A DNA stretch of 64,000 nt from Clostridia bacterium (lineage in GTDB: Bacteria > Bacillota > Clostridia > Monoglobales > Monoglobaceae), in contig JAZRNN010000029.1 of NCBI GenBank assembly GCA_045648175.1, forward strand, positions 9,414 through 73,413. The letters run 5' to 3'. Made by a program: the position numbers and the translations under genes. The notes under the pieces are model-generated. The model was not told the DNA's origin, ran no database searches, and worked only from the letters and a program-made list of their open reading frames with translations. Below, in pieces: positions 36,032 through 46,232 of this stretch; the stretch's first letter is position 1, and each line of letters begins with the position of its first letter.

Positions 36032-36330
36032 ATGATATATAAAGTAACCTTAAATCTTTAAATAGACTACATTATAGATGTAGAAAGTATAAAAGAGGGA
36101 CATGTAAATAGAAGTTCTTATGAAAAAATAATTCCCGGAGGAAAGGGAATAAATGTTTAAAGATACCTTAATAATTTAGATGTTAAAAGTTATGTTTAGG
36201 GATTTTCAGTAGGGGTTACAGGAAAATATATATATTCTTTTTAAAAAAAATTTGTGCAGGCTCGGTAAGTGACTTTTCTGAAGAGTTTGAAACAAAAGGG
36301 GATATTTATAAATTGTATGATAATTTATAA
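36032..36330 (+). pseudogene. Decayed 1-phosphofructokinase (FruK/PfkB family) remnant. It has three in-frame stops and a large internal deletion.
   Basis: The in-frame translation is MIYKVTLNL*IDYIIDVESIKEGHVNRSSYEKIIPGGKGINV*RYLNNLDVKSYV*GFSVGVTGKYIYSF*. This matches the conserved FruK N-terminus (MIYTVTLNPS.DY......G..NR......PGGKGINVS..L..LG....ALGF.GG.TG). About 230 codons are missing before a probable C-terminal tail (..AGSVSDFSEEFETKGDIYKLYDNL*). Confidence 0.75.
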
Positions 36331-36367
36331 AAAAAAAAAAACCACCAGTGCGGTGGTTTTCTTTTTT
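36331..36367. terminator. Bidirectional rho-independent terminator (pgm on the minus strand, pseudogene on the plus strand).
   Basis: An A12 run, then ACCACC-AGTGC-GGTGGT, then a T-rich run. It abuts the pgm stop codon. Confidence 0.8.
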
Positions 36368-38089
36368 TTAATCTATAATTTTTTTAATGTCTTCTTCAAC
36401 TAAAGATGCAAGTTTATCAAGTTCTTCAGGTGACTTCCCACAGAACATACAATAAAGTTTTATTTTTGGTTCTGTCCCAGAAGGTCTTATAATAAAGTTG
36501 TTTTTATCCTCAAGTTCAAGATATATAACATTTGATTTGGGAAGAAGTATTTTTTCAGTTTCTCCGCTATTTATGGCTGTTCTTAAAGAAGTAGAATAGT
36601 CACGAATTGCAAGAACTTTTTTTCCTGCGATGGTTTTTGGAGGATTGCATCTTGTTTTTTCCATTATATTTTTAATTTTTGCAATTCCTTCAATGCCTTC
36701 TAATGTAACAGATTTTACAAATTCATTATAATATCCGTATTTTTTGTATATGTTCTGTAGTTGGTCATAAAGACTGAGACCCTTTTCACGATAGTAAAGA
36801 GCCATCTCTGCAATAAGCATACTTGCTGCAACTGCGTCCTTGTCACGAGCATATGTTCCTGCAAGTGAACCATAACTTTCTTCAAAACCAAAAAGGTATG
36901 TACCGATTCCGGTTTCTTCGGACTCTTTTATTTTTTCACCAATAAATTTAAAGCCTGTGAGAACATCTTTCATTTCAACACCATAGAAATCACAGATGTC
37001 TTTTGTAATATTGGTTGTTACAATTGTTTTTACAACAAAACCATCTTTGGGAAGAATGCCCCTTTCTTTTTTCATACTGAGAATATATTCTGTCAATAGA
37101 ACCCCTGTTTGGTTTCCTGTAAGGACAATATAATCACTATTTTCATCTTTCACAAGAACACCTACACGGTCAGCGTCGGGGTCTGTACCGATAATAAGGT
37201 CGGCGTTGTTTTCTTTTGCAATTTCTATGGCAAGAGCAAAGCCTTCTTTGTTTTCAGGATTGGGTGAGGAAACAGTTGGGAAAGCTCCGTCCGGGTTTTC
37301 TTGTTCTTTTACAACCATCACATTTTCAAAACCAATTCTGTTTAAAATTTTACGTACGGGTTTGTTTCCTGTACCGTGGAAGGGTGTATATACAAACTTC
37401 ATATTTTTGCCGGACTTTTTAACCAATTCGGGATTCAAACACAAAGATTGAATAATGTTCAAATATTCTTCTTCAACTTCTTCACCCATTAATTCAATCA
37501 TACCGGATTTTATGCCTTCATTAAAGTTACACATTTTTGCACCGCCAAAGACAGGGGTTTTTTCGATTTCTTCAAGAACAATTGCAGCAAGGTCGGGATT
37601 AAGCTGTGCGCCGTCTTCGCCGTAAACTTTATAGCCGTTATATTTAGCAGGGTTGTGGCTTGCGGTAATTGCTATGCCGGCATTTGCTTTTTTATAACGA
37701 ACAGCAAAAGAAAGCTCAGGAACGGGTTTAAGCTCTGAAAAAAGATATACCTTTATTCCGTTTGCTGCAAGAACGCAGGCAGAAACTTTTGCAAATTCGT
37801 CAGATTTGTGTCTGCTGTCATATGCAATCGCAACAGAAAGATTTGAATTGTCAGCGTTTGTCTTTTTAAGCTGATTTGCAAGACCTTGTGTTGCACGGGC
37901 AACAACATAGTTATTTATACGATTTAATCCAAGTCCAATAACACCTCGAAGACCTGCAGTACCAAACTCAAGAGATTGATAAAATCTGTCTTTTATTTCG
38001 GCATCATTTTCTTTTATTTTTTCAAGCTCTGTTCTTTCTTCTTCATTTACATTACAAAGCCATAAGTCGTATTCTTTTAAGTAGTCCAT
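36368..38089 (-). CDS. pgcA: Phosphoglucomutase / phospho-sugar mutase (PgcA-like).
   Basis: 573 aa with the active-site loop ITASHNPAKYNGYK and the metal loop GTDPDADR. Confidence 0.9.
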   Translation of the reverse strand: MDYLKEYDLWLCNVNEEERTELEKIKENDAEIKDRFYQSLEFGTAGLRGVIGLGLNRINNYVVARATQGLANQLKKTNADNSNLSVAIAYDSRHKSDEFAKVSACVLAANGIKVYLFSELKPVPELSFAVRYKKANAGIAITASHNPAKYNGYKVYGEDGAQLNPDLAAIVLEEIEKTPVFGGAKMCNFNEGIKSGMIELMGEEVEEEYLNIIQSLCLNPELVKKSGKNMKFVYTPFHGTGNKPVRKILNRIGFENVMVVKEQENPDGAFPTVSSPNPENKEGFALAIEIAKENNADLIIGTDPDADRVGVLVKDENSDYIVLTGNQTGVLLTEYILSMKKERGILPKDGFVVKTIVTTNITKDICDFYGVEMKDVLTGFKFIGEKIKESEETGIGTYLFGFEESYGSLAGTYARDKDAVAASMLIAEMALYYREKGLSLYDQLQNIYKKYGYYNEFVKSVTLEGIEGIAKIKNIMEKTRCNPPKTIAGKKVLAIRDYSTSLRTAINSGETEKILLPKSNVIYLELEDKNNFIIRPSGTEPKIKLYCMFCGKSPEELDKLASLVEEDIKKIID

Positions 38090-38226
38090 AATATGCTCCT
38101 TCCGTATATATTTAACATATTAATTATATTATAACATATGTAATATTTTTTGTCAAAAAGATTGATATTTGACTTTAAATTTGGTATTATTAATATGGAA
38201 TATAATTTTAAAAGGAGAGAAACAAA

Positions 38227-38661
38227 ATGATAGCAATCGGTTGTGACCACGGCGGTATAAATTTAAAGGAAACAATCAAGAAATTTCTTGACGAAAAAGG
38301 ATTGGAATATAAAGATTTTGGAACATACAGCACAGATTCGTGTGATTATCCTGATTATGCAAAAGCTGTTTGTGAAGGAGTTATTTCGGGTGAGTGTGAA
38401 AAGGGAATTTTAATTTGCGGAACAGGAATCGGGATGAGCATTGCTGCAAATAAAATAGATGGTATCCGTGCGGCACACGTTACAGATACATATAGTGCAA
38501 AAATGACCCGTGAGCATAATAATGCCAATGTAATTTGTCTTGGCGAAAGAATTACAGGATGCGACCTTGCACTTGAGATAGTTAATGCATATTTAAATGC
38601 AGAGTTCCAGGGTGGAAGACATCAGAACAGAGTTGATAAGCTGATGGCTTTTGAAAAATAA
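38227..38661 (+). CDS. rpiB: Ribose-5-phosphate isomerase B.
   Basis: 144 aa with IAIGCDHGG...ILICGTGIGMSIAANK. Confidence 0.95.
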   Translation: MIAIGCDHGGINLKETIKKFLDEKGLEYKDFGTYSTDSCDYPDYAKAVCEGVISGECEKGILICGTGIGMSIAANKIDGIRAAHVTDTYSAKMTREHNNANVICLGERITGCDLALEIVNAYLNAEFQGGRHQNRVDKLMAFEK

Positions 38662-38684
38662 ATATAAGAAGAGGTGGGGTATAA

Positions 38685-39728
38685 GTGAACAATATCCGCA
38701 AAGTTAAAATAGGTAATATTGAAATTGGTGGTGGAAACAAAATTGCCGTTCAGTCAATGACAACAGCATATACGGCAAACGTAGACAAGACAGTTGAGCA
38801 GATTAAAAATCTTGAAAAAGCAGGGTGTGATATTGTTCGTGTTGCGGTTTTGGATGAAGAAAGTGCAAAGGCTGTATATAGTATTAAAAAAAGAATAAAT
38901 ATACCTCTTGTTGCGGACATTCATTTTGATTACCGCCTTGCCCTGACTTGTATGGAACGAGGAATTGATAAAATAAGAATTAATCCCGGAAATATTGGCA
39001 GTGAGGACAGAGCCAGGGCTGTATGTGAGGAAGCCAAGCGCCGTAATATTCCCATAAGAATAGGAGTAAACGGCGGTTCTCTTGAAAAAGAAATTTTAGA
39101 AAAGTATGGTGAGGCAACCCCTGAAGCTATGGTTGAAAGTGCGATGGGGCATGTAAAAATCTTAGAAAAATACGATTTTTATGATACGGTAATTTCGATT
39201 AAATCTTCGGATGTAAGAAAAACCATAGAGGCATATCGCTTAGCACGAGAGAGATTTGAATATCCCCTTCATTTAGGAGTTACAGAGGCTGGGACTTATA
39301 AAAGTGGAGTAATAAAATCTTCAATAGGTATAGGTTCGCTTTTAGCAGACGGCATAGGAGAAACCATTCGCGTATCGCTTACCGATGACCCCGTGCTTGA
39401 GGTTGAAACGGCCAAATCAATTTTAAAATCATTAAACCTTATTGATGAAGGAATTGAGGTTGTTTCGTGCCCGACTTGTGCGCGTTGCAAAATAAATCTT
39501 ATTCCTATTGCTAAGAAAGTTAACGAGAAGTTAGAGGGATGCGACAAAAAGCTGAAGGTTGCTGTTATGGGATGTGTGGTAAACGGTCCAGGTGAGGCAA
39601 AGGATGCGGATATTGGAATTGCCGGCGGTGACGGTTGTGCAGTTCTTTTTAAAAAGGGAAAAATTATAGGGAAAATACCGGAAGAAAAAATTGTGGAAAC
39701 CCTTTTGAGAGAAATTGAAAAAATGTGA
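38685..39728 (+). CDS. ispG: 4-hydroxy-3-methylbut-2-en-1-yl diphosphate synthase (flavodoxin).
   Basis: 347 aa with a GTG start, and VQSMT, RINPGNIG, CPTCARC motifs. Confidence 0.95.
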   Translation: MNNIRKVKIGNIEIGGGNKIAVQSMTTAYTANVDKTVEQIKNLEKAGCDIVRVAVLDEESAKAVYSIKKRINIPLVADIHFDYRLALTCMERGIDKIRINPGNIGSEDRARAVCEEAKRRNIPIRIGVNGGSLEKEILEKYGEATPEAMVESAMGHVKILEKYDFYDTVISIKSSDVRKTIEAYRLARERFEYPLHLGVTEAGTYKSGVIKSSIGIGSLLADGIGETIRVSLTDDPVLEVETAKSILKSLNLIDEGIEVVSCPTCARCKINLIPIAKKVNEKLEGCDKKLKVAVMGCVVNGPGEAKDADIGIAGGDGCAVLFKKGKIIGKIPEEKIVETLLREIEKM

Positions 39729-39739
39729 GGATAATTTAA

Positions 39740-42700
39740 ATGCCGGGCTTATTGGATATTTTTGACAAGGTGACCATGCTTGAGTCTTTTGCAAAAAAGC
39801 TTGAAAAATTAGAAGTTATGGACTTTGTCGTTGATATAAATAGTAAATCGGTCAGGATTGTTTTAGGTGCAGACACAATTGTTGACAAGCCGGAACTTTT
39901 TAGTTTTGTCGAGCAGGTAAAAAGTGTTTACAGCCTTAATGATGTTGATGTTAGAATTAAATACACGGGAGTAGGTTTCAGTGAAGAATATTACAGAAAC
40001 CTACTTGTTTCGCTGTTTAGAAAAAGCAGTATATGCAAAGCCTTTTTGACAGGCAGTTATGGGGAACTGAGAGACGGAGTTCTTGAAATAAAAAACGTTA
40101 AATGCGGCAGAGATATTCTTGAGAAAAACCGATGTTCCGAAATTCTTGCAGAAATTATAAGTTTTGAATTTGGTAAGAATATCCGTGTCGTAATAGATGC
40201 TGAAGATATTGATATGGAAAGCTATTCTTTAGAAAAAGAAGAGCGTGTCAGCAATGAAGAAAGGCGTCTTGCAGAAATTGTTGCAAGCCGTGAGCCGTTG
40301 CCTATTCCTGAAGAAGACGAGGATGAGGAAGAAGATCTAGAAGATTACAGTACAAAAATGGGTCTTATTTACGGCAGAGCTATAAAAGAGAAAGTAATGC
40401 CAATGATAGATATAGCTCCCGACGGGAAGATTTATTGTGTCAAGGGCGAAATTATAGATACCGAAGTTCGTGAAATAAGGAAGGACGGGGAGATTGCGTT
40501 TATTGCAGTCAACTTTGATATAGGAGATGATAATTGGGCAATATCCTGTGAATTGTTTGGTAAAGCCAAGGATGTAAAAAAGGTTGTTCCTGCCATAAGA
40601 ACAGGCAACATGCTTTCTGTCAGGGGCAGTTATAAGTATGACGAAAGAGCCCATGGCGAAAAGATGAAAGTTTTGTCTTTTGAAAGGCACGAGAGCGCTG
40701 CGCCCAGAACGGATAATGCAGAAAAGAAAAGGGTGGAATTGCACCTTCATACAAAAATGAGTGCAAAGGATGCGGTGTCGTCAGCGGCAGACCTTATTAA
40801 TCGCGCGGCAAAATGGGGTCACCCTGCAATTGCCATAACAGACCACGGTGTGGCACAGGCCTTCCCGGAAGCATTTTGCGCAGCAAAGAAGTTGAAAAAA
40901 GCAGGAACGCCAATTAAGGTTCTTTACGGAACGGAAGGCTATCTTGTCAATGACTTGCCGCTTAAGTCAAAAAAAGAAGAGGGGTTTAAAGATAATACAT
41001 ATATTGTTTTCGACATAGAAACCACAGGATTAAGCTTTGAGACAGAATCCTTTACTGAAATCGGTGCAGTTAAAATTTCAGGAGGAGAGGTTGTTGACAG
41101 ATTTTCACAGTTAATTAATCCTGAAAAACCGATACCTCAAAAGATTGTGGAGCTTACCGGCATACACGATAAAATGGTTGAAGGTATGCCGACAATTAGT
41201 GAAGTTTTGCCCGAGTTCATAAAGTTTTGTGACGGAAATACTGTTGTTGCTCACAATGCAAAATTTGATGTGGGTTTTGTAAGGGCATTTGCAAAAAAGC
41301 AAGGATTGAGTTTTAAGAACGATGTTATAGATACAGTAGCTTTGTCAAGAGCGCTTTATCCTGACGAGCGTTCGCACAAGCTGAACATTGTTGCTAAAAG
41401 ATTGGGTGTAACATTAGAAAATCATCATCGTGCAGTTGATGATGCAGAGGCATGTGCAGGAATATTCCTTAAGCTTATGGAAATGAAGGAAGAGCACGAC
41501 AAAGGAATGGGTGAGGAATATAACATAAAAACGAATCCTGAACTTTTGAAAAAAGAATCTAACCATATAATTATTATGGCAAAAAATGCTGTTGGGCTGA
41601 AAAATATGTATCAGCTTATATCTAAGTCAAATCTTGAGTATTTTTACAGAAGACCAAGAATCCCCAAAAGTGTTCTTGAAGAATATCGCGAAGGACTTGT
41701 TATAGGCAGCGCCTGCGAACAAGGAGAGCTTTATATTGCAATAAAAGAAGGAAGGCCTATAGAAGAAATAAAAGAAATTGCCGACCTTTATGATTATTTT
41801 GAAATTCAGCCACTTGGAAACAATGAATTTATGGTCAGGAGTGGTGAGGTTGACGGCAATGATGAGATTATTGAGATAAATAAAAGGATTGTTGCATTGG
41901 GAGAAGAAATGAACAAACCAGTTGTGGCAACCTGTGATGTTCATTTTATGGACCCTGAGGAAGCAATGTACCGAAAAGTCCTTCTTGGCGCACAGGGTTT
42001 TGAGGATGCCGACAATCAGGCACCGTTGTTTTTCAGGACAACAGAGGAAATGCTTGAGGAATTCAGCTATCTTGGCAAGAATAAAGCGTATGAGGTGGTT
42101 GTAACCAATACAAACCTTGTTGCTGATATGATAGAGGACATTGAGCCTTTGAAGGATGGCTCATATCCCCCATCAATTGAAAACTGCGAGCAGGACCTTG
42201 AGGATATGTGTCATAAGCGTGCTTATGAAATTTACGGGGATGAGCTGCCCGAGATTGTTCAGAAGAGAATGGACAGGGAACTTGGCTGTATTCTGGGCTA
42301 TGGTTATGCCGTAATGTATATGATTGCTCACAAGCTGGTTAAAAAATCAAACGAAGCGGGATATTTGGTTGGGTCGCGCGGCTCGGTTGGTTCATCGTTT
42401 GCGGCATTTCTTGCCGGAATTACCGAGGTTAATGCTCTTGCGCCTCATTATATTTGCCCCAAATGTAAAAAAAGTATCTTTTTTACCGAAGGTGAATATA
42501 ACATAGGCATTGATATGCCCGACAAGGATTGTCCTGACTGCGGCGAGAGAATGAGGAAAGACGGATTTAACATTCCATTTGAAACATTCCTTGGTTTTGA
42601 AGGCGATAAAGTTCCTGATATTGACCTTAACTTCTCAGGTGAGTATCAGGCAACAGCTCACAAATATGTTGGTGAGTTGTTTGGTGAAGAATTTGTGTTT

Positions 42701-44056
42701 AAGGCAGGAACAATCGGTACTATTGCTGAAAAGAATGCAATCGGCTATGCAAGAAAGTATTATGAGCAAAAGGGCATTACACCAACTCGTGCGGAACTGA
42801 AAAGAGCCTCTAAAGGGTTGGAAGGAGTAAAAAATACAACCGGTCAGCATCCGGGTGGTATTATTGTTTGTCCCAAGACAATGAACATTCACGATTTTTG
42901 TCCTGTTCAGCATCCGGCAGAAAAGGTGGATTCGGGTATTATTACAACTCACTTTGATTTCCATTCAATTCACGATAATTTGTTGAAGCTTGATATACTG
43001 GGACATGATGACCCGTCTACCATAAGGATGCTTGAAAATCTTACAGGTCTTGACGCAACAAAAATACCACTTGATGACCCGGAAACCATGAGAATATTTT
43101 CAAGCACCGAAACCATAGGGGTAACTCCGGAACAGATAAAGAGCAAGGTGGGAACGTTTGGTATTCCAGAATTTGGCACAAACTTTACCCGACAGATGTT
43201 GCTTGACACGTTACCAACCACATTCTATGAGCTTGTTCTCATCGCAGGACTTTCTCACGGTACGGATGTGTGGCTGGGAAACGCTCAGGAGCTTATTAAA
43301 GCAGGGACGGCAACACTTTCAGAAGTTATTGGTGTTCGTGACGATATTATGACTTATCTTATGAATAAGGGAGTAGAGCCCAAAATGGCGTTCACCATCA
43401 TGGAGTTTGTAAGAAAAGGACGTGCTGCAAAGGAAGGTATGCCCGAGAATTTTGAGCAGGCAATGATTGAGAATAAAGTTCCCGAATGGTATATTGATTC
43501 CTGTAAAAAGATTAAATATATGTTCCCTAAAGCACATGCGGCAGCGTATGTAATGATGGCATTTAGAGTTGCATATTTTAAGGTGCACTATCCGTTGGAG
43601 TTTTATATTGCATACTACACTGTTCGCGCAGACTTATTCGATGGAAAGATTATGGCAAAGGGTGATGAACATCTGCAAGCAGAGATGAAAAAGCTCCTTG
43701 ACAGACAAAACGAATGGTCGGCAACCGATAAAAGTGTGTTTACCATTTGCGAAATTGTTCATGAAATGTATCAAAGGGGAATAGAGTTTGTGCCTGTTGA
43801 CATTTATGAGTCGGATGCATTTAACTTTCAGAGGGTTGACGGAAAAATCAGACTTCCTATCAATGCCTTTCAGGGTGTTGGTGATGCAGCGGCGCAGAAT
43901 ATTGTTGAGGCGCGAAAGGAAGGGGAGTTTTTATCCATTGAAGACTTGAAGCAAAGGGCAAAGCTCACCAAGACCGTAATTGAAACACTGCAGGAAAATG
44001 GTTGCCTTAAGGGTATGACCGAAACAAGCCAGATATCACTTTTTGATGAAATATAA
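39740..44056 (+). CDS. polC: DNA polymerase III alpha, PolC type (with a 3'-5' exonuclease domain).
   Basis: 1438 aa with a PHP domain (VELHLHTKMS), the exonuclease motif (VFDIETTG...HNAKFDVGF) and Zn-finger cysteines (CPKC...CPDCG). Confidence 0.98.
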   Translation: MPGLLDIFDKVTMLESFAKKLEKLEVMDFVVDINSKSVRIVLGADTIVDKPELFSFVEQVKSVYSLNDVDVRIKYTGVGFSEEYYRNLLVSLFRKSSICKAFLTGSYGELRDGVLEIKNVKCGRDILEKNRCSEILAEIISFEFGKNIRVVIDAEDIDMESYSLEKEERVSNEERRLAEIVASREPLPIPEEDEDEEEDLEDYSTKMGLIYGRAIKEKVMPMIDIAPDGKIYCVKGEIIDTEVREIRKDGEIAFIAVNFDIGDDNWAISCELFGKAKDVKKVVPAIRTGNMLSVRGSYKYDERAHGEKMKVLSFERHESAAPRTDNAEKKRVELHLHTKMSAKDAVSSAADLINRAAKWGHPAIAITDHGVAQAFPEAFCAAKKLKKAGTPIKVLYGTEGYLVNDLPLKSKKEEGFKDNTYIVFDIETTGLSFETESFTEIGAVKISGGEVVDRFSQLINPEKPIPQKIVELTGIHDKMVEGMPTISEVLPEFIKFCDGNTVVAHNAKFDVGFVRAFAKKQGLSFKNDVIDTVALSRALYPDERSHKLNIVAKRLGVTLENHHRAVDDAEACAGIFLKLMEMKEEHDKGMGEEYNIKTNPELLKKESNHIIIMAKNAVGLKNMYQLISKSNLEYFYRRPRIPKSVLEEYREGLVIGSACEQGELYIAIKEGRPIEEIKEIADLYDYFEIQPLGNNEFMVRSGEVDGNDEIIEINKRIVALGEEMNKPVVATCDVHFMDPEEAMYRKVLLGAQGFEDADNQAPLFFRTTEEMLEEFSYLGKNKAYEVVVTNTNLVADMIEDIEPLKDGSYPPSIENCEQDLEDMCHKRAYEIYGDELPEIVQKRMDRELGCILGYGYAVMYMIAHKLVKKSNEAGYLVGSRGSVGSSFAAFLAGITEVNALAPHYICPKCKKSIFFTEGEYNIGIDMPDKDCPDCGERMRKDGFNIPFETFLGFEGDKVPDIDLNFSGEYQATAHKYVGELFGEEFVFKAGTIGTIAEKNAIGYARKYYEQKGITPTRAELKRASKGLEGVKNTTGQHPGGIIVCPKTMNIHDFCPVQHPAEKVDSGIITTHFDFHSIHDNLLKLDILGHDDPSTIRMLENLTGLDATKIPLDDPETMRIFSSTETIGVTPEQIKSKVGTFGIPEFGTNFTRQMLLDTLPTTFYELVLIAGLSHGTDVWLGNAQELIKAGTATLSEVIGVRDDIMTYLMNKGVEPKMAFTIMEFVRKGRAAKEGMPENFEQAMIENKVPEWYIDSCKKIKYMFPKAHAAAYVMMAFRVAYFKVHYPLEFYIAYYTVRADLFDGKIMAKGDEHLQAEMKKLLDRQNEWSATDKSVFTICEIVHEMYQRGIEFVPVDIYESDAFNFQRVDGKIRLPINAFQGVGDAAAQNIVEARKEGEFLSIEDLKQRAKLTKTVIETLQENGCLKGMTETSQISLFDEI

Positions 44057-44073
44057 GGAAAGAGGAAACAAAA

Positions 44074-46230
44074 ATGACTATTGCTGAAAAACTTGCACAA
44101 GAACTGAATTTAAAACAATGGCAGGCGGACAACACCGTTGCTTTGCTTGATGAAGGTAATACCATTCCGTTTATTTCCCGTTATCGTAAAGAGGCTACGG
44201 GAGAACTAAACGACGAGATTTTGCGTACCTTCTTTGACAGACTTACTTATCTTAGAAATATGGAGGAGAGAAAGGCGGATATCAAGAGAATAATTGAGGA
44301 GCAGGGAAAGCTTACCGAAGAGCTTGTGGCAGAAATTGATAAGGCTGAAAAACTTTCGGAGCTTGAAGATATTTACCGTCCTTACCGTCCCAAACGCAGA
44401 ACCCGTGCAACAGTTGCTAAAGAAAAGGGACTGGAGCCTTTGGCAACAATTATATATATTCAAAATTCCAAGGCAAATTCGGTTGAAGAGTTGGCGGCGG
44501 AGTATGTTGATGCCGAAAAAGGCGTTGAGACGGTTGAGGATGCTTTACAGGGCGCAATGGATATTATCGCAGAAATAATCTCAGATAATGCAGAACACCG
44601 CAAGGAAATTCGTGAAATTACTACAAAAACCGGATTTTTGCAATCAAAGGCAGCGACCGAGGAAGATTCTGTTTACCGTCTGTATTATGATTTTACCGAA
44701 CCGGTAACAAAAGCAGTCCCACATAGGGTTCTTGCTGTTGACCGCGGTGAAAATGAAAAATTTTTAACAGTTACCATAGCTTGTGATGAGGAAAAAATAC
44801 TAAAATACCTTAAAGATGCAGAAGTTACAGACACCAGCTCTGTTACTGCACATCTTGTTGAAACTGCGGCTGAGGACGCGTATAACAGACTTATTCAGCC
44901 AAGCATAGAGCGTGAAATTCGCAACGAGCTTACCGATATGGCTCAGGAGCAGGCGATGCAGGTATTCAAGGTAAACCTCAAAAATCTTCTTATGCAGGCG
45001 CCCATTCGTGATCAGGTTGTTCTGGGCCTTGACCCGGGCTATCGTACGGGCTGTAAGGTAGGCGTTGTAGACTCAACCGGCAAGGTGCTTGATACAGGGG
45101 TAATTTATATAACCCATTCAGATGCACAGAGAGAATCTGCAAAAACTCTTATTAAAAATCTTATCAAAAAGTACGGCATAACTCTTATTTCAATAGGAAA
45201 CGGAACGGCCTCAAAGGAAACCGAGATTTTTGCAGCAAACCTTATAAAAGAAATACCCGAATGCAAGACAAAATATATAATAACTAATGAGGCGGGGGCG
45301 TCTGTTTATTCTGCGTCAAAGCTGGCGACAGAAGAATTCCCTGATTTTGATGTAACTCAGCGTAGTGCTATCTCTATTGCAAGACGTGTCCAGGACCCGC
45401 TTGCAGAACTTGTTAAAATTGAGCCAAAGGCAATTGGAGTAGGACAGTATCAGCATGATATGAATCAAAAGCGGCTTGGCGAAGTTCTTGGAGGTGTTGT
45501 TGAAGACTGTGTTAACAGTGTGGGTGTTGACCTGAACACTGCATCTGTTCCGCTTCTTCAATATGTATCGGGAATAAACTCTACAATTGCTACCAATATT
45601 GTCAAATTCAGGGAAGAAGAGGGTGGTTTTACAAGCAGAGCACAGCTTAAAAAGGTTGGAAAGTTAGGACCTAAGGCTTTTCAGCAGTGCGCGGGCTTTT
45701 TGAGAATTGTAGGAGGGAAAAATGTCCTTGATAATACTGCGGTTCATCCCGAGGCTTATGATGCAGCAGAAAAATTGATTGAATATTTAGGATATACCCT
45801 GAAAGATGTTGAAAAAGGCCAGCTTGGCGATATCAAGACTCGTATGAAGGATAGAGATTTAACAGCACTTGCGGCAGAATTGGAGATTGGCGTTCCAACG
45901 TTGCGTGATATAGTTGATGAAATAATCAAACCGGGACGTGACCCACGTGATTCGGTTGAACAGCCTCTTCTTCGTGAGGACGTTATGGGGATGGAGGATT
46001 TAAAACCGGATATGGTGCTTACGGGCACGGTAAGAAATGTAATTGATTTTGGTGCGTTTGTGGACATAGGTGTTCATCAGGATGGTCTTGTTCATATATC
46101 GCAGCTTTGCGACCGTTATGTTAAGCATCCTATGGATGTTGTGTCCATTGGTGACATTGTCAAGGTGAAGGTTCTTGAGGTTGATATTCAGAAAAAGAGA
46201 ATTTCTCTGACGATGAAAGGAATTGATTAG
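44074..46230 (+). CDS. tex: Tex-like transcription accessory protein (YqgF/RuvC-like, HhH and S1 domains).
   Basis: 718 aa with TIPFISRYRKE, the YqgF region LGLDPGYRTGCKV and a C-terminal S1 domain (GTVRNVIDFGAFVDIG). Confidence 0.93.
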   Translation: MTIAEKLAQELNLKQWQADNTVALLDEGNTIPFISRYRKEATGELNDEILRTFFDRLTYLRNMEERKADIKRIIEEQGKLTEELVAEIDKAEKLSELEDIYRPYRPKRRTRATVAKEKGLEPLATIIYIQNSKANSVEELAAEYVDAEKGVETVEDALQGAMDIIAEIISDNAEHRKEIREITTKTGFLQSKAATEEDSVYRLYYDFTEPVTKAVPHRVLAVDRGENEKFLTVTIACDEEKILKYLKDAEVTDTSSVTAHLVETAAEDAYNRLIQPSIEREIRNELTDMAQEQAMQVFKVNLKNLLMQAPIRDQVVLGLDPGYRTGCKVGVVDSTGKVLDTGVIYITHSDAQRESAKTLIKNLIKKYGITLISIGNGTASKETEIFAANLIKEIPECKTKYIITNEAGASVYSASKLATEEFPDFDVTQRSAISIARRVQDPLAELVKIEPKAIGVGQYQHDMNQKRLGEVLGGVVEDCVNSVGVDLNTASVPLLQYVSGINSTIATNIVKFREEEGGFTSRAQLKKVGKLGPKAFQQCAGFLRIVGGKNVLDNTAVHPEAYDAAEKLIEYLGYTLKDVEKGQLGDIKTRMKDRDLTALAAELEIGVPTLRDIVDEIIKPGRDPRDSVEQPLLREDVMGMEDLKPDMVLTGTVRNVIDFGAFVDIGVHQDGLVHISQLCDRYVKHPMDVVSIGDIVKVKVLEVDIQKKRISLTMKGID

Positions 46231-46232
46231 GA

